Positions 10,640-21,459 of a stretch of DNA of 64,000 nucleotides are shown one piece after another (position 1 is the first letter of the stretch; each line of letters starts with the position of its first letter). Position numbers and translations under genes: made by a program. The stretch lies in contig JAADGF010000099.1 in the NCBI GenBank assembly GCA_013152545.1, positions 9,906-73,905 of the forward strand. Reading direction: 5' to 3'. This DNA comes from Gammaproteobacteria bacterium. Lineage in GTDB: Bacteria; Pseudomonadota; Gammaproteobacteria; SZUA-152. The notes below the pieces were generated by a model that was not told the origin of the DNA, searched no databases, and saw only the letters and a list, made by a program, of their open reading frames with translations.

Positions 10640-10716
10640 TGACAATGTGTCGTTGGCAAGACGATTACAAGCAAAAACCGACTGTAAATAATAACTGATT
10701 ATGGCTAAAATAACTT

Positions 10717-11238
10717 ATGACTAACGATAACGAATTTAAACCTGTAAGCATCGCGGTACTAACTATTTCCGATACTCGTACCGAAGCAGATGATACGTCA
10801 GGACACCTTCTGGTTGATCGTCTCACTAACGCTGGCCACGCTCTGGCGGAAAAATGCATTGTACCAGATAATATCTACAAAATTCGCGCGTGCGTATCTC
10901 AATGGATTGTGAGTAAGAACATCGACGCTATTATTACAACAGGTGGAACAGGTGTTACTGGACGTGACAGCACACCCGAAGCGATACAACCGTTACTCGA
11001 CAAATTAATCGAAGGTTTCGGTGAAATGTTTCGCATGTTGTCACATCAAAGCATCGGCACGTCGGCATTGCAGTCCCGTGCTATCGCAGGTGTAGCGAAT
11101 GCCACCTATGTATTTTGCCTGCCAGGCTCATCAAGCGCATGTCAAACCGGCTGGGATCATATCATTCAGGCACAATTGGATTCTACGACGAAACCCTGCA
11201 ATTTGATCATGTTAATGCCCCGCCTGAGGGAGTCTTGA
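10717..11238 (+). CDS. moaB: Molybdenum cofactor biosynthesis protein B
   Basis: AVLTISDTR, TTGGTGVTGRDSTPEA, GFGEMFR, QSRA, LPGS and PCN motifs. Confidence 0.95.
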   Translation: MTNDNEFKPVSIAVLTISDTRTEADDTSGHLLVDRLTNAGHALAEKCIVPDNIYKIRACVSQWIVSKNIDAIITTGGTGVTGRDSTPEAIQPLLDKLIEGFGEMFRMLSHQSIGTSALQSRAIAGVANATYVFCLPGSSSACQTGWDHIIQAQLDSTTKPCNLIMLMPRLRES

Positions 11239-11882
11239 ATTTGCAAACAAGCCGTGACACTCGCCTACCGGGAGTAATACTCGCTGCACTTAAGCGACAT
11301 AACAACAACGGTACAGTAATCATCATCACTAAAACATCTCTCGAAAATTAACAATTACATTAAGCTGCTTGATTTATTGTGCATTCTGTAGCCTCACGTT
11401 TCATTTGACCCAGCGCTTCAAACTGTGTCACGATAAAAGCCAGCCAATACTACAAGCTCTAATGGCGCTTGCATCTTAACATCAAAAACCCCCCAAGCAC
11501 AGGGAACACTCGCGTTGGTTTATTTGATATAATGCCAGGAAAGCATGTGCAAGCTCAGGTACAATAAGTAAGTTCGATGGCTGTTGAAATTAAAATTCTT
11601 AGCATTGGTCGCTTGCAAATACATTAATCTTAGTTTATAAACGCCCCATTAGTGAATTTAGTAACAGGTGGTTTCTCGATTAACCCGAGTCTATAATAAT
11701 TCTAATGCACCAGAATGGAAATAATAGTAATGTGTTCACAATTTAAACCAGTGAAAACTGAATTTCGTGCTAGAAATTAACATAAACGCTAGACATTTTT
11801 TTCTAAATAATAAATTTATTTTCCCCACTCCTTTCCCTTATTGGTTGAGAATTACTCAACAATACAAACCTCGGATTCATTC

Positions 11883-12218
11883 ATGTCATTAGGCGCCACG
11901 GTATGCACGTTGCGCAAAGCCCGCGGGTTAACACTAAGCGACATAGAGCAACTAACACGAATAAACAAAGGCGCCCTTTCTCGGTTTGAACGGGATTTGG
12001 AAGGGCTGGGTTCTGAAAATTTCGACCGACTTTGCATCCTGTTTGGCACAACACCAGCGGTACTGTATGCTGTCGCCAAATTCGTCAGCAAACACCCCGA
12101 AATAATTGAGGATGGCACAAAATTACATAAGCTGGTAAGAAGCCTTACTCGTTTGATCGACCGCTATTTGTCTGCCTCTGACCAAACACGGCTTCTTATC
12201 AATAAATTGCTTGACTAA
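11883..12218 (+). CDS. XRE-family helix-turn-helix transcriptional regulator
   Basis: LRKARGLTLSDIEQLTRINKGALSRFER; start placed at MSLG. Confidence 0.8.
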   Translation: MSLGATVCTLRKARGLTLSDIEQLTRINKGALSRFERDLEGLGSENFDRLCILFGTTPAVLYAVAKFVSKHPEIIEDGTKLHKLVRSLTRLIDRYLSASDQTRLLINKLLD

Positions 12219-12351
12219 CAAACTATGGGCAATATTCATCTTTACATAGAAATTAACGCTACAGATATTGCCGACATAGCTAATAATTTTCGCACCCATC
12301 ATCGCACCCAAAACACCCTAAGACTACGACTACACCAAAGGAGAACACGCA

Positions 12352-13188
12352 GTGGACTTTGAAGAGCTCGTATCTCACCCGGAATTACCGTCAATTCCGG
12401 AAGCCATATTAAAACTCAATGAATTAATTAATAATAACCGACCGATAGAAGAGCTAGCTATTGTCATTCACAATGAACCAAGTTTAACGGCACGCACACT
12501 GGAGCTAGCTAATAGCGCCTGGTATAAACGCCAACGCGAGATTACTACGGTACACGACGCGATTGCGATCATTGGCATAGTGGCACTACATCAACTTATT
12601 TTTGCTTCCTCGGTTATTCGCACCTTTGCCGGCCTTAATAGTGAGTTAGTTGATATGAATAAACATTGGCACCAGTCAGTGCGAACCGCCACGGCTGCAC
12701 AAACGCTTGCACACCAGACCAAAATCAATGACCCAATTGAACTGTTTACGGCCGGATTACTGGTCTATATTGGCCAGCTTGTTCTATACATTGCAACGCC
12801 CGAAAAAACCAGGCAAATACTGACTCTAGCCCAGACCAGGCAACAACCTCAATTTAAAATAGAAAATGAACTCCTGGGATACAATCATAGCCAGGTAACT
12901 ACTGCGCTACTTAAACGCTGGAACGTACCTGCAAACATTTTTTCCGCAATCAGCACGTACACAGACCCGGAGAATGCAGAAGAGAAATACCGTAGTCGTG
13001 CCTGTATACTCAATGTAGCGCACTATATGCAACACGTTCATAACATGGACTTTAACACGACAGATCCAACGGAAAAAGTAAGTGATTTTGCTTTAAAAAA
13101 ACTTCAAATTAACATAATGGATCTTGATAATTACTCGCCAACAGCCGCTTCATTGTACAATGAAGCGGTAACGATGCTGGGGTTGTAA
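12352..13188 (+). CDS. HDOD domain protein
   Basis: LPSIPE, EPSLTARTLELANSA, HWHQS, LFTAGLL, GYNH and WNVP; GGAG RBS. Confidence 0.88.
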   Translation: MDFEELVSHPELPSIPEAILKLNELINNNRPIEELAIVIHNEPSLTARTLELANSAWYKRQREITTVHDAIAIIGIVALHQLIFASSVIRTFAGLNSELVDMNKHWHQSVRTATAAQTLAHQTKINDPIELFTAGLLVYIGQLVLYIATPEKTRQILTLAQTRQQPQFKIENELLGYNHSQVTTALLKRWNVPANIFSAISTYTDPENAEEKYRSRACILNVAHYMQHVHNMDFNTTDPTEKVSDFALKKLQINIMDLDNYSPTAASLYNEAVTMLGL

Positions 13189-13387
13189 ATTCAAGCGATG
13201 AGAAATTCACAATATTTAATGAGATATTAGCATTGCCGTAATCGGTGTTAAAAAAGCCCCCCGACAAACCCTGCACGGGTACGTTCTGGCCTTGTAAAAT
13301 GCTACCGGATAGATAAATGTATGTTTCAAAAATGACGCTGAGTTATTTGCGTAAAAACAAGCATTACTTATAACAGCAGATGGCAGT

Positions 13388-16246
13388 TTAGTCGCCTTCT
13401 TTGTCACCACTGACTGTCTTTTCCGAGTATTTACGCTCTTCCTTTTCATGCTCATCCGCCTTTTTATCTCGTTTTTTTCGATTTCTTTTCTGCAAGTCAG
13501 GAATACCTCGACGATGATAAATCAGTACGACGTTACTGGATCGAGCTTTTTTCGTGAAATAATCAGCCTCATCATCCTTCTTCTTATCGCTATAACGATT
13601 CACTTTGCGCATCATAATTGATTCTGTTGCCAAGCGCTCACCAACAGAAAACCGCACACTCGTACCGTTGGAGTAACTGATTCCCCCCAGCATTACTTTG
13701 TGCCTAAAATATTTAAATGTACCATTGGCTAAGTCGAGTAGCGCAAATTCATGTTTCTGGGTGTATCGGTACACACCTTTTTTCGTTTTTCCTGATTTTT
13801 TAAAACTACTGAAGGGTGTCTCTAAAAGTACAATATCATCCACTACAAAGCGAATATAATCATCCTGCGCAGGCACTCCATCGGCTTCAAACATAGCCTT
13901 AAATAATAATTTATCTTTATCGTCATGTTTATTGTTTAATACCACAACTGCTTTTTGGGTTATAAATTGCAATGTCGGATTCACCACAATGGTTATTTCC
14001 GCTTGTGTTCGAAACGCTGTATCGATAACGGTAACAAGGGCTTTATAAACACCCGGTTTAGTGTACACATGAAACGGACTCGATTGATTTGAGCTTACCC
14101 CATCCCCAAAGTCCCAAATGACATCTAGCGCATCATTGTCGGGATCAACAGCATTTGCAATAAAACTAACCGTTAAAGGCGCAACTCCACTCACGGGGGT
14201 TGCTGTAGGATTCACAATTGGTGGATTATTACTGGCAAGCGCCCTGATCGTCACGGATGCTTTATCGACATTACCCGACGGATCGGTAACGGTTAAAACA
14301 ACGATATACTCACCTGGCTGTTCATAGGTATATTCGGTTAGTGATGTACTACTGGTATCTTGCTCACTCTCCGGGTCGCCAAAATTCCAATGTACCGTTA
14401 AGCCACCCCCTTCAGGGTCAATGCTTCCGGATGCATCAAAATTTACCCGAAGGGGGGTGTTACCTGAAACCACTTGAACACCAATAGCGGCAATAGGGTC
14501 TAAATTTTCAACAACATTAATTAAAACTGCATCCGCAATACTCTCATGTTCCGCATCGCTAACCACCAATGAGACTAAATAGGCACCCGGCAAATCGGGT
14601 ACAAAGCGAGGGGTAGCCATATCACCACCATCCAATACAACACCGCTCCCGGTCGGCGTACTTTCGAATTGCCATTGATATTGAAGTCCGCCTGCCACCC
14701 CATCATTGGCATCCGGGTCAAAGGAATTAGCACCATCCAGTTGCACGGTTTCACCTAAAATAACAGATTGATCAGTACCAGCATCCGCAATGGGTGCTAC
14801 ATTGGCTGTCACCAGCACATGGAGAAAAATATCCCAGAACCCATTGGTATCAGCAGATGTCAAATTGGCAGCGGCGGAACCGAACACAACGTAATGCCCA
14901 TTGGCACTGATGCTCGGTTCAAAACTACTGGCATTCCCCGCTACACCATTATTATTACTCACACTCATTATTTTTGTCTGCTTGTCTGTCCTATCGTGCA
15001 CGAACACATCCCAGGCTGCATTAACGTCATTGGCAACCAAGTTACTCGCTGCCGAATAAAACACCACATAGCGACCATCGAAGGTAATCGCGGAAACCGT
15101 AAAGGTGGAGGCATTTGCTTCGCCACCCAGGCTGCTAACACTCATACGTTCGGTGTGATTGTTTAATAAATTGTACGAAAAAATATCACGCACCGTATTT
15201 GTATCGTCTAACACTAAGTTAGTCGCTTCAGATTGAAATATTGCAACCACGCCATTTCCGCTAATGTCTGGCGAGCCACTGCCTGCGTTGGCTTCCACTC
15301 CCGCACTGGAGACACTGAGCCGACGAGTGGTGTTTTCTTGAAGATCTCGCACAAAAATATCCCTGACGCCATTACTGTCGTTGGCAACCAAGTTGTCAGC
15401 ATCAGAGGAAAATATAACAAAGCGACCATTGTCACTAACAGCAGGTTTATAACTACCGCCATTTGCCTCTTCGTTCAAGTTGCCGACACTAACCCGTTGA
15501 GTTGTATGAGTGACACGGTCATGCAGAAACACGTCCACTGCCTGATTATTATCCCCTGCTACCAACGACATGGCCGTTGATTCAAACACCACGAAGCGAC
15601 CATTACCACTCACATCCGGTAAACGATTATCGCCAACGACTCCCAAACCAGCCGAATCAATGCTAATACGTTGCAGGCTGCTATCAACTGCATTATAGAC
15701 AAATATATCGGAACTGCCGTTTAAGTCATTTTCAACCAGATTAGTTGCCGTAGACGTAAAAACAATGATGCGACCATCATCACTAATGGCCGGTTCCAGG
15801 CTGGCATCATCCGCATCATTTCCATCCACAGACAGACTAAGACGCTGGGTGATACGCGTTTCGCGATCCCGTAAAAAAATATCCCAGGCACTGTTATTGT
15901 CGTTGTCAGTTAACGTTGAAGCAATCGACTCAAATACCACATAACGGCCAGTAACACTGATTGCTGCGCTAATGCTATTTCCATCACCGAACACGCCATC
16001 ACTGCTCACACTTATTTTTTCAGTGGTACCGGCCACATCCAGCAATCTAGGCTTAATATATGAATCAGGAACTTCCGTCGGTTTATCGGTATTTTCGCCA
16101 CCGGGCGCATCAACATCAACACCGTTGCCATCCGGCACGCTGCTATTCTCTGCGATCTCCGTTGGAAATGAATTTTCACAGCCGATCAATACCAATAACA
16201 TGACACATAAAACCAACGCGATAAAACGGCTTCCAGGATAACGCAT
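13388..16246 (-). CDS. Large lipoprotein with TolB/WD40-like propeller repeats and PKD domains
   Basis: Lipobox LIGC; repeated ISxDGRxVVFxSxAxNLVxxDxNxxxDxF; PKD motifs (LDGANSFDPD, FDASGSIDPEG, WNFGD, WDFGDG); basic/acidic tail. Confidence 0.85.
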   Translation of the reverse strand: MRYPGSRFIALVLCVMLLVLIGCENSFPTEIAENSSVPDGNGVDVDAPGGENTDKPTEVPDSYIKPRLLDVAGTTEKISVSSDGVFGDGNSISAAISVTGRYVVFESIASTLTDNDNNSAWDIFLRDRETRITQRLSLSVDGNDADDASLEPAISDDGRIIVFTSTATNLVENDLNGSSDIFVYNAVDSSLQRISIDSAGLGVVGDNRLPDVSGNGRFVVFESTAMSLVAGDNNQAVDVFLHDRVTHTTQRVSVGNLNEEANGGSYKPAVSDNGRFVIFSSDADNLVANDSNGVRDIFVRDLQENTTRRLSVSSAGVEANAGSGSPDISGNGVVAIFQSEATNLVLDDTNTVRDIFSYNLLNNHTERMSVSSLGGEANASTFTVSAITFDGRYVVFYSAASNLVANDVNAAWDVFVHDRTDKQTKIMSVSNNNGVAGNASSFEPSISANGHYVVFGSAAANLTSADTNGFWDIFLHVLVTANVAPIADAGTDQSVILGETVQLDGANSFDPDANDGVAGGLQYQWQFESTPTGSGVVLDGGDMATPRFVPDLPGAYLVSLVVSDAEHESIADAVLINVVENLDPIAAIGVQVVSGNTPLRVNFDASGSIDPEGGGLTVHWNFGDPESEQDTSSTSLTEYTYEQPGEYIVVLTVTDPSGNVDKASVTIRALASNNPPIVNPTATPVSGVAPLTVSFIANAVDPDNDALDVIWDFGDGVSSNQSSPFHVYTKPGVYKALVTVIDTAFRTQAEITIVVNPTLQFITQKAVVVLNNKHDDKDKLLFKAMFEADGVPAQDDYIRFVVDDIVLLETPFSSFKKSGKTKKGVYRYTQKHEFALLDLANGTFKYFRHKVMLGGISYSNGTSVRFSVGERLATESIMMRKVNRYSDKKKDDEADYFTKKARSSNVVLIYHRRGIPDLQKRNRKKRDKKADEHEKEERKYSEKTVSGDKEGD

Positions 16247-16340
16247 AGAGGCTCTCTTATAGTTTGTTACTTTTAACTTGCTTAATGCCGTAATTTATAC
16301 ACCTTCAGAAATTAAGGGTTTCGTCGTTTTTACAGACTCG

Positions 16341-16366
16341 ATTTAACGGCATTATTTAACGGCATT
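16341..16366. repeat. 2 x 13-bp direct repeat ATTTAACGGCATT, with an inverted copy at 16282-16293
   Basis: Read directly, upstream of the PKD lipoprotein gene. Confidence 0.7.
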
Positions 16367-16771
16367 AATATTTTTGACAGTAATCAAACAAACCGGACAC
16401 GCACTTCGCTTCAAGCCTAGCGACGTTGGGTATATCATCGGGAGAAGTTACAAACAAGGCTGCTATTCATCAACAACCCTTCAATTAATTCCATCAACGT
16501 TAATCAGAAAGAAACACCACCAACAGAACCGAATCGTTAGTCAGCGTAACTGATTCTTGTAGGAGATACCAGCACCAAACGACCAAAGAAACGGCGCAGC
16601 ATCCCAGATAATATTTGCTCAATCGTTAATGTCATGATTTATTATATAATAAACTAACAATTATAGTAGCTGATGAATTAAACCTTTAGGCAAACTGGAC
16701 GTCAAACAGCTGTACACCAAATTTCGTTTAGTACACCTCCTAAAAATATTTACATAATTTATTAATCGCCA

Positions 16772-17689
16772 GTGATGCGCAAGACCCAATTAGCACTCCT
16801 TATTCTATTCAGTGTTTTACTGAATGCGTGTTCTAGCAAGTTGATTTATAATTACCTTGACTGGATTATTGAATGGCATATCGCTGACTACATAACACTC
16901 GATGAGGATCAGGAAACACTATTAAGCGACGTATTGGAAAAAGGATTAAGCTGGCATAAATCATCACAATTACCATTGTATGTCCTGTCATTAGAGCAAC
17001 TTAAAAAAGATGTCGAATCCCAACAACTGGCGCGACAGGAATTAGTCAATTATGTCCGTACTTATAGCCGTTTTTGGGACAATATCCGAGCGTACGCTAC
17101 GCCTGAAATTATACACTTTTTAAATACCTTAACACTCGAACAAATAGACGAGCTAGCAGCAAACCTGGAACAGCAAAACAGCAAACTTGAACAAAAATAT
17201 GTCCACAAATCCGTCGACACTTTAAATGCAGAACGCAGTGAACACATGATTGAGCAACTGGAACGCTGGATTGACGACTTAAGCCCTGAACAACAACGCA
17301 CTGTAAAGCAATGGAGCCAAAAACTGAAACCGATTTCAAAACAATGGATTGTCAATCGACGAATCTGGCAACAAAAAGTTGCAGCACAATTGTATGTGAC
17401 AAAAGGCATTAATAACAAAGGAATCAACGAAACCTCCATCACCAAGCGGGGGGACGACCCTCTTCGGAAGAAGCAAATGAAGAAACTAACGGATAAACAA
17501 TTAACCGAGTTAATCATCAATAATCGTCAATTCTGGACCCTGGAGTATAGCAACCGCTTTAATCATAATCTCAACGCAACCCTGGATTTATTGTTATCCC
17601 TGGAAAAACAACTTACTCGGCAACAACGTGATTACTTCCTAAGTAAGTTAAGCACGCTAAGCAATCAATTCCGCGATACTCAACAATAA
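16772..17689 (+). CDS. Lipoprotein, DUF6279-like
   Basis: Lipobox LNAC, then KLIYNYLDWIIEW...WHKSSQLP...WIDDLSPEQ. Confidence 0.75.
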   Translation: MMRKTQLALLILFSVLLNACSSKLIYNYLDWIIEWHIADYITLDEDQETLLSDVLEKGLSWHKSSQLPLYVLSLEQLKKDVESQQLARQELVNYVRTYSRFWDNIRAYATPEIIHFLNTLTLEQIDELAANLEQQNSKLEQKYVHKSVDTLNAERSEHMIEQLERWIDDLSPEQQRTVKQWSQKLKPISKQWIVNRRIWQQKVAAQLYVTKGINNKGINETSITKRGDDPLRKKQMKKLTDKQLTELIINNRQFWTLEYSNRFNHNLNATLDLLLSLEKQLTRQQRDYFLSKLSTLSNQFRDTQQ

Positions 17690-18015
17690 AACAATGGCTA
17701 ATAAAGCAGTGACCAGTAAACGTATAAAGCCGACCTAACGTTTAAATGTATCGTCACTGCGCAGAATAAGAATACGTTGTACCCGTTCAACAATAAAAAA
17801 CAAAATACTCAATTTTTCCTTGTTCTCGCACAAATCAAAGGCAATCTGAGCAGTTACTGTACATTAAAAACCAGGCGGAATAGTTACAAAATAATTAACA
17901 ACAAACACTTTGGCGCAATTATTGGATAAATAAAAAGCGATTTAAGGCGTTACATTATCGAAAAACCATTTTGGTGTCGCTATAATAGTCATTTAAAGTA
18001 ATGTGAGACTCTACA

Positions 18016-18318
18016 ATGAGAAACGACTATCGTATTTGTGCCCGATCAGTACTCGGCATCATACTTTTCGCTAGCTGCTTTGCGAGTATTGCTGATACCT
18101 TGGTAATTCCTAATATATCCACTCAACCGATAAATGCTCCGACTGGCGTGTTACGACCCGTACGTTCAATGACAATGGAACAAGTGAAAATGAAGTTTGG
18201 ACAACCTCGAAACATCATTTCAGCAATAGGAAATCCGCCTATCACTCGCTGGGTTTATGATGAATTTGTAGTCCATTTTGAACATACTTATGTGATTCAT
18301 TCTGTTGTCACGAAATAA
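18016..18318 (+). CDS. Small conserved exported protein
   Basis: Signal peptide; RPVRSMTMEQVKMKFGQP...GNPPITRWVY...FE...VIHSV pattern. Confidence 0.75.
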   Translation: MRNDYRICARSVLGIILFASCFASIADTLVIPNISTQPINAPTGVLRPVRSMTMEQVKMKFGQPRNIISAIGNPPITRWVYDEFVVHFEHTYVIHSVVTK

Positions 18319-18734
18319 CACCGCTTACATTCCCACACACCAACCATGCACCATTAGTCATGCACCATTGGTATTTGATATTTATTTTATTGTTTTTCAA
18401 TAGGTTGCAATATCACCAACGCAGAACAACCGAAAATAATAGCAAGCCCATACAGCCCTAAATATTGTTAACGTATCTTTCCTACCCCAGTAGCCATTAG
18501 GGCCGCAAATCAGCACTAGACACACATGCACAACCATATGAATTTATTAAAAAAATCACAAATATCGATACACTATCCCTACAAAAGACGAAGAATTGAA
18601 GCCAATGTTGATTATTGTAAATGCCGCTTGTGGTACTTGCGGGACAATGACACAATATCAAGTCGCCCGCTTACCAACCAACACTTACTATTTTAAACAT
18701 AAATACTTATCTATATAGCCATTGGATGTACTGA

Positions 18735-19265
18735 ATGAAATTTTGCAGCAACTGTGGAGCCAACGTGCAACTTCGCATTCCTGACGGCGACAACCTGCCC
18801 CGTTATATATGTGACAACTGCAGTATCATACACTATCAAAATCCCAAAATTGTTACCGGTTGCATCCCGGAGTGGAAAAATAAAATACTGCTTTGTAAAA
18901 GAGCAATTGAACCTAAGTACGGTTTATGGACCTTGCCAGCAGGATTTATGGAAAACAACGAAACCACTTCCGAGGCAGCCTTACGCGAAACGCAGGAGGA
19001 AGCCAATGCTAATGTGGAAATACTGGGTCCATATGCTTTATTTAGTCTTCCTTATATTAGCCAAGTCTATCTCATCTTCAGAGCAAGGATGTTAAACGGC
19101 CAATTTGAACCGGGCATTGAAAGCCTGGAAGTGGCTTTGTATAAAGAAGAAGAGATACCTTGGAAGGAACTCGCATTCCCTGTTATAGAGGAAACACTAC
19201 GCCGCTATTTTAAAGATAAACATCAAGGTATATTTGGTATGCACGTCGGCGATATTCCGGTATAA
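18735..19265 (+). CDS. NUDIX hydrolase with N-terminal zinc ribbon
   Basis: MKFCSNCG...CDNC...HYQNP and Nudix box GFMENNETTSEAALRETQEEA. Confidence 0.93.
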   Translation: MKFCSNCGANVQLRIPDGDNLPRYICDNCSIIHYQNPKIVTGCIPEWKNKILLCKRAIEPKYGLWTLPAGFMENNETTSEAALRETQEEANANVEILGPYALFSLPYISQVYLIFRARMLNGQFEPGIESLEVALYKEEEIPWKELAFPVIEETLRRYFKDKHQGIFGMHVGDIPV

Positions 19266-19422
19266 ACAATAAAGATGGTTACCTCAACTTATATCCTCAA
19301 TAATGTTATTGCCTCAGCAGTATAGACTAAAATATTTGCCTATTTTATGCGTTAATATACTCCTCCTCTCCATAGCAATGATAAAACCATCATGCCCACA
19401 AAAAAATATACCCCATTTAACG

Positions 19423-19446
19423 TTAAGGAACGTGCATGCTCCCTAA
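19423..19446. repeat. 22-24 bp palindromic repeat, copy 1 (TTAAGGAACGTGCATGCTCCCTAA)
   Basis: Related copies at 24171, 32626 and 35634; contains the dctP-like stop codon. Confidence 0.7.
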
Positions 19447-20408
19447 TGCATTCTAATATTATCAATAAGCCCCGGTGTAAAAAAATTCTCAAACTTATCA
19501 TAAACCAGTTTTGTCGCAGCGACAAACTTTCTCATATCGCTATCAGGAAGTTCAACAATTTCGATCCCATCTTCCTTCGCCTTGTTTTTTGCCTGCTCAC
19601 TATCACGAATAGACTCTGCTCGCTCTTTTCTAGCCGCTTCCACAGACGCCGATTTTATCACTTGCCTTAATTCAGAACTCAGAGATGCCCAAAACTTTTT
19701 CTGCACAATCATCGACGTAAGAAATAAGCTATGTTTTGTATCATTCATTGCTGTTGAGAATGTATTATGTTGCAGTGGATATACCCTTGGCCACGCGCTC
19801 TCACCTCCCATAAAAAAACCATTAGCAACGCCATCGTTAATTTTTTCCAAATCACATGGCACAGGAATAGCGCCGACTGCACGGAAAGTCTCCATTGCAA
19901 AAGGGTTTTTATTTGAACGAATAAAGGTATCCTTAAAATCCTCAATGGAACGAATCGCCTTATTACCGGGTATCATGCGGAAACCACCAGAATACGTAAA
20001 CGCCAAACCATGCACATTTGAATTATCAGCCAACCCCAATCCATCAAGCAACTGCTCTCCAATTTCACCTTCCAGCACATCTTTCGCATGTTCGTGATTA
20101 CGAAAGATAAATGGCATATCCAAGACATGCATATCAGAATTGTACTTTTCCGCCAGCCAAGTCGTGTAGACTTGGCTCATTTCTATTTTTCCGGCATCCA
20201 GCAACGACAATAGATCATGCTTACTGACCAAGACACCATTATTATAGCGTTCAGAATATTCAGTAAGCGTCATTATTTCCACTTCAATCTTTTGCGTTGT
20301 TGTTTTCAAGTTAACAGAAGTGGCAAAGGATTTGGCCGCACGATAAAACAAGCTTAATGGCTCGTGAGCAACAACCCAACGAATGTGAACTGTTTTCTTC
20401 ATTTGCAT
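19443..20408 (-). CDS. TRAP-type substrate-binding protein DctP homolog lacking a signal peptide
   Basis: LDMPFIFRNHEHA, GFR, IRSIEDFK, FRAVGA, HSLF and KFWASLS motifs; no hydrophobic N-terminus; no dctQM nearby. Confidence 0.85.
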   Translation of the reverse strand: MQMKKTVHIRWVVAHEPLSLFYRAAKSFATSVNLKTTTQKIEVEIMTLTEYSERYNNGVLVSKHDLLSLLDAGKIEMSQVYTTWLAEKYNSDMHVLDMPFIFRNHEHAKDVLEGEIGEQLLDGLGLADNSNVHGLAFTYSGGFRMIPGNKAIRSIEDFKDTFIRSNKNPFAMETFRAVGAIPVPCDLEKINDGVANGFFMGGESAWPRVYPLQHNTFSTAMNDTKHSLFLTSMIVQKKFWASLSSELRQVIKSASVEAARKERAESIRDSEQAKNKAKEDGIEIVELPDSDMRKFVAATKLVYDKFENFFTPGLIDNIRMH

Positions 20409-20458
20409 CTCCGTTGATGTACAATTTATCTAAAACATTTTTTGAACAACTAATATTT

Positions 20459-20506
20459 TAGAATAACGATATTCTGGAATAACAATGTTTTGGAATAACA
20501 ATGTTT
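20459..20506. repeat. 3 x 16-bp tandem repeat T(A/G)GAATAAC(G/A)AT(A/G)TT(C/T)
   Basis: Two identical TGGAATAACAATGTTT units plus one degenerate unit, with a further worn unit at about 20442. Confidence 0.8.
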
Positions 20507-21353
20507 CGCAGGTGAATATAGCGGTAACGTTTTTAGGCTTTATTGCTCATCACCCTATTTCAATTTTATGACAGCCTACCCTACATAGCGACGTTTAAGT
20601 TTCTTGCAACTACCCAACTCACCTAAATACCGCAGGTATGTTTCATTTCCATCCCGACCAACACATTACCCTTTCTCGTCTCCGCCACCACTCTACAATT
20701 CGCTGGCGGGAAAATTGAGCAAATTAACAAAACAGGCAAATATTTGTATTAGTAATATGATCTTATCAATAAGAACCAGGACGGACACCTGAATCATCGT
20801 CACAGCATGCAATACAATTGTGATGTAAAACATTAAAATCAGTACCGTGCTATACAGCAGGATTTTATCGCTTTTTAGCATCCTGTCATTTTTACAGACT
20901 AACACTGATAACAAGGTATTCCACTTAACGCACGATACTCGTCTTGCGTTAACATATTATTACAATGTCAGTTGCAATTTAATTATTACCACATACTTAA
21001 TTAGACTCATTACAATTTGATATTTATTACAACCCAGCACTGTTTCTTAACAAACCAAATATTACTGCTCACCAAGCACGTTGCGTCCAATAAAAAAGTT
21101 CAAAATAGCTTTTTTGATGAGTTTAATGTTATTTATAACAGTAGACAACATGATCTTAGTCATGTTTTGGTGCAAAAATCACAAGGAGGGGGGGGGGAGA
21201 TAAGACTTTTTAAAATCAAAGCAATAAACCCCTTCGATAACGTTGATAAGCACTTACTAGTCTTGGCACGTATAATAACGCAACGAGGATTGCATTCTTA
21301 CGTTAATACTTGGGGGCCATTTTTACCTTGTTGATCGCCTTACATGTCGCTTG

Positions 21354-21420
21354 TATACCCATAGCGTTTGGGGTTTAGGTGTAAAATGTGCGTCATATTC
21401 ATTTCATCGCGAGGCAAAAC
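21354..21420. mobile_element. ERIC-like MITE, truncated copy (left end only)
   Basis: TATACCCATAGCGTTTGGGGTTTAGGTGTAAAATGTGCGTC matches the left ends of copies at 25086 and 42666. Confidence 0.7.
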
Positions 21421-21459
21421 GAGACATCTCATAGGAATAATGCAAGCAAAACACAAGCG

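Noticed and set aside
16680..16706. Sigma-E-like promoter AAACCT-N16-TCAAA before the DUF6279-like lipoprotein
   Set aside because: The -35 element deviates from GAACTT; too weak in AT-rich DNA.
20442..20506. Tandem repeats here and at 10595 as mini-CRISPR arrays
   Set aside because: Units are adjacent with no spacers, too short, and there are no cas genes.
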